Of a stretch of DNA of 64,000 nt, positions 57,897-64,000 are shown piece by piece; within the stretch, counting starts at the first letter, position 1; each line of letters begins with the position of its first letter. The stretch covers positions 17,869-81,868 of the forward strand of contig JAFPYS010000019.1 in NCBI GenBank assembly GCA_017412085.1, read 5' to 3'. Origin of the DNA: Alphaproteobacteria bacterium. Its GTDB lineage: Bacteria > Pseudomonadota > Alphaproteobacteria > CAAHEQ01 > UBA3637. A program made the position numbers and the translations under genes. Below the pieces are notes generated by a model, which was not told the DNA's origin, ran no database searches, and saw only the letters and a program-made list of their open reading frames with translations.

Positions 57897-58814
57897 ATGA
57901 AAGAATATTTGTTGGCAGTGTTTGCTGTTTTTTGTTGGAGCTTTAATGTTGTGGCGGCAAGCGTGCTTGTGGGAAAATTAACACCATGGCAAATCGCTGC
58001 CTTAAGATGGATCATTCCATCATTTATAATTTTTCCTTTTACTTTCAATATATTAAGAAAGAATATAAAAGTAATACTAAAACATAAAATCTGGCTTATT
58101 TGGACAGCTTTTTGGGGAATTACAATCAGCAATACTTGTGTTTATTATGCCGCTTATAGTGTGAACCCCGTTACCTTATCTTTAATTGGTGCAACGGGGC
58201 CGTTGTTTTTAATTTTCTTCTCATGGGTGATAAAAAAGACGCAATTATATAAAGAGCAAATTTATGGCTTATTGATTACCCTGATAGGCGTTTGTTTGAT
58301 TGTGATGCATGGTCGGATGGGCGGGCTTGGATTAGGTATTGCGGCGGGCGATTGGTGGATGTTGATAACCGCCATCACCTTTGGATATTACAGCTTTTTG
58401 GTGGCAAATAAACCGCCTCAATTACCCCACCTGCCCTTACTTGCCTGTTGTTTGATATTAGGCGCCTTATTTTGTTTGCCTATGTTTGTCTGGGATACAA
58501 TTTATAATCCGTTGAATTTTAAAACAAATTTTACACAAGAGATCATCTGGATTGTGATGGGACTTGGCGTGTTTAATTCTTTAATTGCCTATCTTTGTTG
58601 GAATCACGCAATGGATAAAGCGGACCCCGTAAAAGTTGGGATGATTTATTACCTGATGCCGGTATTTTCAACACTTGAAAGTTGGCTGATTCTGGGTGAA
58701 GGGATCCACCCGATCCATGTGATCGGAGCTATCATCATATTTATTGGAATATTCTACAGTAATAAAAAGCCTAAATCTGCTTTATTTCGACAGAGCCGTC
58801 GGGCAAGTCCTTAA
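57897..58814 (+). CDS. DMT superfamily transporter (EamA domain)
   Basis: 305 aa, about 10 TM segments, two EamA repeats (AVFCWSFNVVAASVLVGKLTPWQIAALRW; YLMPVFSTLESWLILGEGIHPIHVIGAIIIFIGI). Confidence 0.9.
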   Translation: MKEYLLAVFAVFCWSFNVVAASVLVGKLTPWQIAALRWIIPSFIIFPFTFNILRKNIKVILKHKIWLIWTAFWGITISNTCVYYAAYSVNPVTLSLIGATGPLFLIFFSWVIKKTQLYKEQIYGLLITLIGVCLIVMHGRMGGLGLGIAAGDWWMLITAITFGYYSFLVANKPPQLPHLPLLACCLILGALFCLPMFVWDTIYNPLNFKTNFTQEIIWIVMGLGVFNSLIAYLCWNHAMDKADPVKVGMIYYLMPVFSTLESWLILGEGIHPIHVIGAIIIFIGIFYSNKKPKSALFRQSRRASP

Positions 58815-60165
58815 CAGCCAAGCCCTTGGCTTTTAAAGCGTCACGGATCTCATCAGATTTTGCCCAATCCTTCGCAGCGCGTGCTGCTTTACGAGCATCT
58901 AATAATGCTTGTACCTCGGCGTCTGGAACATAGGCCTCTTCCTTCATTTCGTCCATTTTTAAGCCAAAAACCGTATCGATCTCGGACAAAATTGCCCATT
59001 TTGTGGCGTTATTCAAAGCGGCATCTTTGACAACTTCCCACATCACGGCTAATGCTTGAGGGGTGGCAACATCATTAAAGATCGCTTCGTCAAATTTACC
59101 CAATAACGCTGCCTTCTTGGCTTCATCTACCGCGCCAGATAAATCCTTTTTGATCTCAATTACACGGGCTTTCAAGTTATTAAAGGCCGCTTGAGCTGCG
59201 TCCAAGGCTTCCCATGTAAATTGCAGCTCTGAACGATAATGAGCGGTTAAGGCTAAATAACGATAGGCCAGCGGATTATAGCCTTTTTCTTTCAAAGAAG
59301 GTGTGGTCAAAATGTTACCCAAAGACTTGGACATCTTGACATCTTTGAGCTGCAAAAAGGCATTATGCACCCAATAATTCACCCATTTATGTCCAAAGCA
59401 GCCTTCGGATTGCGCTTTTTCATTTTCGTGATGCACAGAAATGTGGTCAATACCCCCACAGTGAATATCAATATACTCGCCCAAGTATTTGGACGACATT
59501 ACAGAACATTCAATGTGCCAACCGGGATATCCCCTACCCCATGGCGAATCCCATTGTAAAATTTGATTTTCAAACTTGGAAGATGTGAACCACAATACAA
59601 AATCCGTTGGATTACGTTTGTTTGGATCTTCTTCAACGCGGGCGCCATGTTGTAAACCTTCGATATCTTTGTGAGATAATTCGCCATAATGACCGAACTT
59701 GAGCGTATCAAAATAGACGTTACCACCGGCGACATAAGCCAATCCTTTTTCTTCTAATTTCTTCACAAATTCAATCATGTCTTGAACGTGTTCCGTAGCG
59801 CGGCAAACGGTACTTGGACGGATGATATTTAAGTCGTTTTCCTCGTCAAAGAAGAAGTTTTCATATTTACGAGCCAGAGCCAATACATCCATTTTTTCTT
59901 TTTCGGCGGCCTTCAGCATTTTGTCTTCGCCAGTGTCTTCATCACTTGTCAAATGTCCGACGTCTGTGATATTCATGACATGATGAACATCATAGCCAGC
60001 CCGCACTAACGTACGATGCAAAAAGTCCTCATTTAAATAAGTGCGTAAATTACCAATGTGAGCATAGCTGTAAACGGTTGGACCACAACAATACATGCCA
60101 ACTTTTCCATCTGTGATTGGTTTAAATTCTTCCAGTTGACGTGTCAGTGTGTTATAAAGTTTCAT
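58771..60165 (-). CDS. cysS: Cysteine--tRNA ligase
   Basis: MYCCGPTVYSYAHIGNLRTYL, GWHIECSVMSSKYLGE, HHENEKAQSE, KMSKSLGN. Confidence 0.97.
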   Translation of the reverse strand: MKLYNTLTRQLEEFKPITDGKVGMYCCGPTVYSYAHIGNLRTYLNEDFLHRTLVRAGYDVHHVMNITDVGHLTSDEDTGEDKMLKAAEKEKMDVLALARKYENFFFDEENDLNIIRPSTVCRATEHVQDMIEFVKKLEEKGLAYVAGGNVYFDTLKFGHYGELSHKDIEGLQHGARVEEDPNKRNPTDFVLWFTSSKFENQILQWDSPWGRGYPGWHIECSVMSSKYLGEYIDIHCGGIDHISVHHENEKAQSEGCFGHKWVNYWVHNAFLQLKDVKMSKSLGNILTTPSLKEKGYNPLAYRYLALTAHYRSELQFTWEALDAAQAAFNNLKARVIEIKKDLSGAVDEAKKAALLGKFDEAIFNDVATPQALAVMWEVVKDAALNNATKWAILSEIDTVFGLKMDEMKEEAYVPDAEVQALLDARKAARAAKDWAKSDEIRDALKAKGLAVKDLPDGSVEIKQI

Positions 60166-60227
60166 GTGATCCATCCTTTCGATGAAAATCATTATAGCAA
60201 ATAGGAATTAAAAGTCAAGGATTTTTA

Positions 60228-61532
60228 TCAGCGCAACGCGGCACATTTTTTCTTTTGAATCATCCTTTCTGATTGCCAACCTTTTGCAGCTAAATTGACG
60301 CAATCATCATAAATTTTGCGCCCAGCTTTTGGTGTGGCTTCAACGCCGCAAACAACCTTTTTTCTGGCTTTCACAATTTCTGGAATTTCCCATCCTCTAT
60401 TTTCTAATTTATAGTGAGTTAAATCAGCAAACAACCTTGCCTCCATCATTTCACCGAAATTAGAATATTTAACTGTGGGCTTTTTATCAAAACGAGCCAA
60501 GAAATCCTTGAAAATTTGTTCGTGTTCTGGCAGTACATATCCTTTACCCGCCAGCAAAGCTTCAAATGTTTGCAGTACCACGGGGTTTTTCCATCCGCCG
60601 CCGAACAAAATAATATGCGGTGGCAGTTTGATTTTTTTGTCGGTCAGAGTCATTGCTTGCACAGCAATATAGGCCGCAAAATATTCCAAGGTATGTACTG
60701 CATCTTCAATGCTGAGCTTATGTTTCTTAATAAGAGCAAACACTTTGTCCTTGTGGTAAAATTGTGGATCGCCAGACTTGGGCAATCCCCGTTCATAAAA
60801 GTCTCGGCCAAGATCAAATAATTCTTGCAATAACTTCTTGTTTAATTTACCTTTTTTACCATATTTGCCATTTTTATCAAAGGCATCCGGCGTGTTGTCA
60901 CGGATAAAATTATCAACATATTCATTAAATGGACCGGCATCGGCTCCTACTTGAGCGACACCATCCACAATCCATGCAAAATTGGATGTATTACCACCAT
61001 TATAATAGCAGCCATCACCTTCGGTTGCAGCAATATGGGCATTGTGTGGTGGCACCAACGGCGCTCCATCAAATCCTGCCATTACGGGGGCTGAACGGAA
61101 ATCATAAACAACCCTTATGCCTGTTAAATCGGCCAACATTTTTCCAGATCCAATCTGCAAAGTATAAGGTTTTGTTTTTTCCGCTTTGGCGCGGGATGGC
61201 GGATTGTGATCCAATGTTTTACCATGAAACCCAATGGCATCAATTTTGGACTTATCCAACTTAAATTTTTTACACATCTCGTTAATACAATTGGCCACTT
61301 GGCGTACATATTCATCATGGATTGCTTGGAACTCTGGCAAGGCTTCAATTTCTTTGCGGGTCTTATTCCCTACTTTGGCCCGTAATCCCTCTACCTTTTT
61401 TTGCATGTCTTTTGTATAAGATTTTGAATAAGAACAAATATCTTTCATCTTGTTCCCATCAAATTCAGTCAAAACCAAATCAATGGCATCCATGCTGTTG
61501 CCAGTCATATTGCCTATAATACGATAAGACAT
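60228..61532 (-). CDS. anmK: Anhydro-N-acetylmuramic acid kinase (divergent)
   Basis: IIGNMTGNSMDAIDLVLTEFDG, IGFHGKTLDHNP, LQIGSGKMLADLTGIRVVYDFR, YNGGNTSNFAW, ILFGGGWKNP; adjacent to murQ. Confidence 0.82.
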   Translation of the reverse strand: MSYRIIGNMTGNSMDAIDLVLTEFDGNKMKDICSYSKSYTKDMQKKVEGLRAKVGNKTRKEIEALPEFQAIHDEYVRQVANCINEMCKKFKLDKSKIDAIGFHGKTLDHNPPSRAKAEKTKPYTLQIGSGKMLADLTGIRVVYDFRSAPVMAGFDGAPLVPPHNAHIAATEGDGCYYNGGNTSNFAWIVDGVAQVGADAGPFNEYVDNFIRDNTPDAFDKNGKYGKKGKLNKKLLQELFDLGRDFYERGLPKSGDPQFYHKDKVFALIKKHKLSIEDAVHTLEYFAAYIAVQAMTLTDKKIKLPPHIILFGGGWKNPVVLQTFEALLAGKGYVLPEHEQIFKDFLARFDKKPTVKYSNFGEMMEARLFADLTHYKLENRGWEIPEIVKARKKVVCGVEATPKAGRKIYDDCVNLAAKGWQSERMIQKKKCAALR

Positions 61533-61542
61533 TTCTCCCCCG

Positions 61543-62526
61543 TTATTTCGATAAGTGTCTGACACTGTTAATAAGAAGTGCGTTATTTATCTTTTTTTTT
61601 ACTGGTGTTTGAGCATTCAATGCTTTTTTGACAAACCCATCGTGTTGTTCCAACAGGGCTGCGGCTGCCCGTGCAGGCAAATTTTTACCAGCCATAACAA
61701 CGGCAAGAGGGACACCTTTTGTTGGTTCTTTCAAGAATTTTTGTGATTCGGCCAAACATCTTTCTGCGACATCTCTTTCAACTCCAGTAATATCACAAAT
61801 GATGCGCATTGCTCGATCTCTTAGTTTTTCATTCATTACTCGAACGTCAATCATCAAATTTTCATACACCTTACCAACCAATGTAAAGGCACCCGTTGTG
61901 ATCTGATTCAATACCATTTTTTGTGCAGTGCCAGATTTCAATCGACTTGAACCTGTCAACACCTCTGGGCCAACAACAGGATTGATAAAAATATTCGAAA
62001 ACGCCTTCAACTTGGCCTCTGTGTTCGAACTATAGCCAATGGTTTTAATCCCTAATTGTTGTGCTTTTTCCAAAATGGCCAAAATATAAGGAGCGCTGCC
62101 ACCCGCAGATAGGCCCATCACAACATCTTTCTTTGTTGGTTTTAAAGCCATCAAATCAGCCACACCCCCCTCTCGAGAATCTTCGGAATTTTCAACCGAA
62201 TAACGTAACGCCCTGTCTCCACCAGCAATTGTGCCAACGACGACGCCATGCTCCACGCCAAATGTCGGCCAACACTCGGAGGCATCTAACACCGCCAAAC
62301 GACCACTTGTCCCTGCTCCAAAATATAACAAACGACCGCCTTGTTTAATGGCTTTTGCAACACTTTCTATAGCTTGTGCGATTTGGGGCAAACATTTTTG
62401 AACAGCCAATGCAACCTTTTGATCCTCGCCATTCATTAAGGTGGCAATTTCTAAAGCACTCATTTCATCCAAATGCTTTGATTTTTCATTACGTGTTTCT
62501 GTGGTAAGTTGTTTTTGTTCTTTCAT
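61543..62526 (-). CDS. murQ: N-acetylmuramic acid 6-phosphate etherase
   Basis: TETRNEKSKHLDEMSALEIATLMN, GGRLLYFGAGTSGRLAVLDASECWPTFG, KSGTAQKMVLNQITTGAFTLVGKVYENLMIDV. Confidence 0.97.
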   Translation of the reverse strand: MKEQKQLTTETRNEKSKHLDEMSALEIATLMNGEDQKVALAVQKCLPQIAQAIESVAKAIKQGGRLLYFGAGTSGRLAVLDASECWPTFGVEHGVVVGTIAGGDRALRYSVENSEDSREGGVADLMALKPTKKDVVMGLSAGGSAPYILAILEKAQQLGIKTIGYSSNTEAKLKAFSNIFINPVVGPEVLTGSSRLKSGTAQKMVLNQITTGAFTLVGKVYENLMIDVRVMNEKLRDRAMRIICDITGVERDVAERCLAESQKFLKEPTKGVPLAVVMAGKNLPARAAAALLEQHDGFVKKALNAQTPVKKKINNALLINSVRHLSK

Positions 62527-62605
62527 TTTAACTCCTTTTTGAATCTTATACTAGCACACTAACAAACTTTTATGCCTTTTTCAATAAAAAAATTCATTTT
62601 TCCCG

Positions 62606-62634
62606 TTGACAGATATAATTTTTTACTTTAATAT
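62606..62634 (+). promoter_or_regulatory. lexA promoter (TTGACA-N17-TAATAT)
   Basis: TTGACA 62606-62611, TAATAT 62629-62634, spacer 17 nt. Confidence 0.8.
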
Positions 62635-62636
62635 GA

Positions 62637-62651
62637 GAACAAAACAAGAAC
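62637..62651 (+). promoter_or_regulatory. Alphaproteobacterial SOS (LexA) box GAAC-N7-GAAC
   Basis: GAACAAAACAAGAAC between the lexA -10 and the start codon. Confidence 0.85.
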
Positions 62652-62674
62652 AAAGAGCCGCAGGGAGGCGAAAT

Positions 62675-63283
62675 ATGATTACAAAAAAACAATTACAACT
62701 GTTTGATTTTATTAAAGAATATGTTTCTGAAAATGGGGTTGCCCCCTCGTTTAGCGAGATGCAGGATTACCTGGGGCTGAAATCAAAATCTAATGTCCAT
62801 CGTTTGGTCAGCGCTTTGGAGCAACAACATCTGTTACATCGTACTCCCAAAATGGCTAGATCTATTTCTCCGGAGAACATGCCATCCGGCGCGGCCAATG
62901 ATGTTGTTCAAATACCCTTATATGGTAAGATTGCGGCGGGTTTGCCAATTGAAGCCGTAGCCAATGAAACAGAGACAATCAGTGTGCCGGCCTCCATGAC
63001 GGGAAATGGACAATACTATGCTTTATTGGTGGAAGGCGATTCCATGATTAATGCTGGTATTTTAAATGGGGATACTGTGATTATCAAGCGTGCCAATCAG
63101 GCTAATGACGGGGATATTGTGGTGGCTTTAATTGATGGTTATGATGTAACCTTAAAGCGTTTGCGCAAAAAGGCCTCTTCTATTGCCTTAGAGCCAGCCA
63201 ATCCTGCTTATGAAACACGCATTTTTACAACGGATCGTGTTGAAATTCAAGGAATTTTAGCCGGTTTGATGCGTTCCTATTAA
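62675..63283 (+). CDS. lexA: LexA repressor
   Basis: MITKKQLQLFDFIKEYVSENGVAPSFSEMQDYLGLKSKSNVHRLV; IAAGLPIEA cleavage region; VEGDSMINAGILNGDTVIIK; DGYDVTLKRLRK. Start at M24 of the listed ORF. Confidence 0.96.
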   Translation: MITKKQLQLFDFIKEYVSENGVAPSFSEMQDYLGLKSKSNVHRLVSALEQQHLLHRTPKMARSISPENMPSGAANDVVQIPLYGKIAAGLPIEAVANETETISVPASMTGNGQYYALLVEGDSMINAGILNGDTVIIKRANQANDGDIVVALIDGYDVTLKRLRKKASSIALEPANPAYETRIFTTDRVEIQGILAGLMRSY

Positions 63284-63290
63284 AAATTTG

Positions 63291-63319
63291 TTGACTTTTT
63301 ATTTTCTCCTCTATATTAT
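63291..63319 (+). promoter_or_regulatory. Putative sigma70 promoter for dapA (TTGACT-N17-TATTAT)
   Basis: TTGACT 63291-63296, TATTAT 63314-63319, spacer 17 nt. Confidence 0.65.
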
Positions 63320-63349
63320 AATAGATTGGTTGAGGTGAAGGGCTTGTAC

Positions 63350-64000
63350 ATGACGAATAAAGCAAATTTCGGTGATGTTGTCACCGCTATGGTGACACCT
63401 TTTAAACCTGACGCGGACCAAAATGTGGCCTATGATGAAGTTGAATCGTTAACAAGGTACCTGATTAACAATGGAACAGATACAATTTTGTTGACGGGAT
63501 CTACTGGCGAAGCGGCGCAGTTGTCTGTATTGGAAAAATGGGATATTCTTCGGACTGTTCGCAAGGCAGTTCCACAGGCCAGGATTATGGTTGCGACAAG
63601 CGATACGAATACAGGGCGTGCCATTCAAAAGGCAAAAACAGCGTTTCAATATGGGGCGGATTCTATTTTGGTGGCGGTACCCGAGTATGTAAAACCATCC
63701 CAAAAGGCCTTATTTATCCACTTTAATGCCATTGCTAAAGCAATTGATAATAAGCCGATGATGATTTACAATATTCCTGGACGCACGAGCAAAGAGATTG
63801 CACCATCAACTGTTGCCGATCTTGCAAAAGAAAATCCAAATATTGTTGGTATTAAACAAAGTATGCCAAGTATGGATCGGGTTTCGGAATTAAGAGCTCT
63901 TTGTCCGCCTGATTTTCAAATCTATTCCGGTGACGACAGTTTAACGTTACCGATGTTAGCATTAGGGGCAACAGGTGTTGTCAGCGTTATGTCACATCTT
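63350..64000 (+). CDS. dapA: 4-hydroxy-tetrahydrodipicolinate synthase (partial, runs off window end)
   Basis: Translated by hand: MTNKANFGDVVTAMVTPFKPDADQNVAYDEVESLTRYLINNGTDTILLTGSTGEAAQLS...MIYNIPGRTSKEIAPSTVADLAKENPNIVGIKQS. Confidence 0.93.
   Translation, partial: MTNKANFGDVVTAMVTPFKPDADQNVAYDEVESLTRYLINNGTDTILLTGSTGEAAQLSVLEKWDILRTVRKAVPQARIMVATSDTNTGRAIQKAKTAFQYGADSILVAVPEYVKPSQKALFIHFNAIAKAIDNKPMMIYNIPGRTSKEIAPSTVADLAKENPNIVGIKQSMPSMDRVSELRALCPPDFQIYSGDDSLTLPMLALGATGVVSVMSHL

Overview
This 64 kb window is compact, AT-rich chromosomal DNA with features typical of an alphaproteobacterium: CckA-type hybrid kinase, AddAB, a Tim44-like protein, DUF2155 next to MlaD, and a GAAC-N7-GAAC SOS box at lexA. 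Most genes are housekeeping: translation, Sec/YajC-SecDF, cell wall, fatty-acid synthesis, replication and repair. I saw no transposase, prophage, CRISPR array or rRNA. The two most notable loci are: (1) a nine-gene N-type (Na+/H+) F-ATPase operon, atpDCQRBEFAG, with no delta subunit and a c-subunit carrying two carboxylates (24182-30775); and (2) a HndA/HndC/HndD-type NAD(P)-linked [FeFe]-hydrogenase operon with all three H-cluster motifs intact (53785-57738). With a D-lactate-dehydrogenase-like protein and no respiratory genes in view, these suggest an anaerobic, fermentative, H2-metabolising alphaproteobacterium. That lifestyle reading is inference. Other points of interest are an H. pylori-like GT10 fucosyltransferase, a tandem MlaD pair, an anmK-murQ recycling pair alongside an amgK-like kinase without murU, several small unlisted ORFs, exact-spacing sigma70 promoters, and a gene-poor segment (52.4-53.6 kb) holding a dif-like element and a perfect DnaA box.
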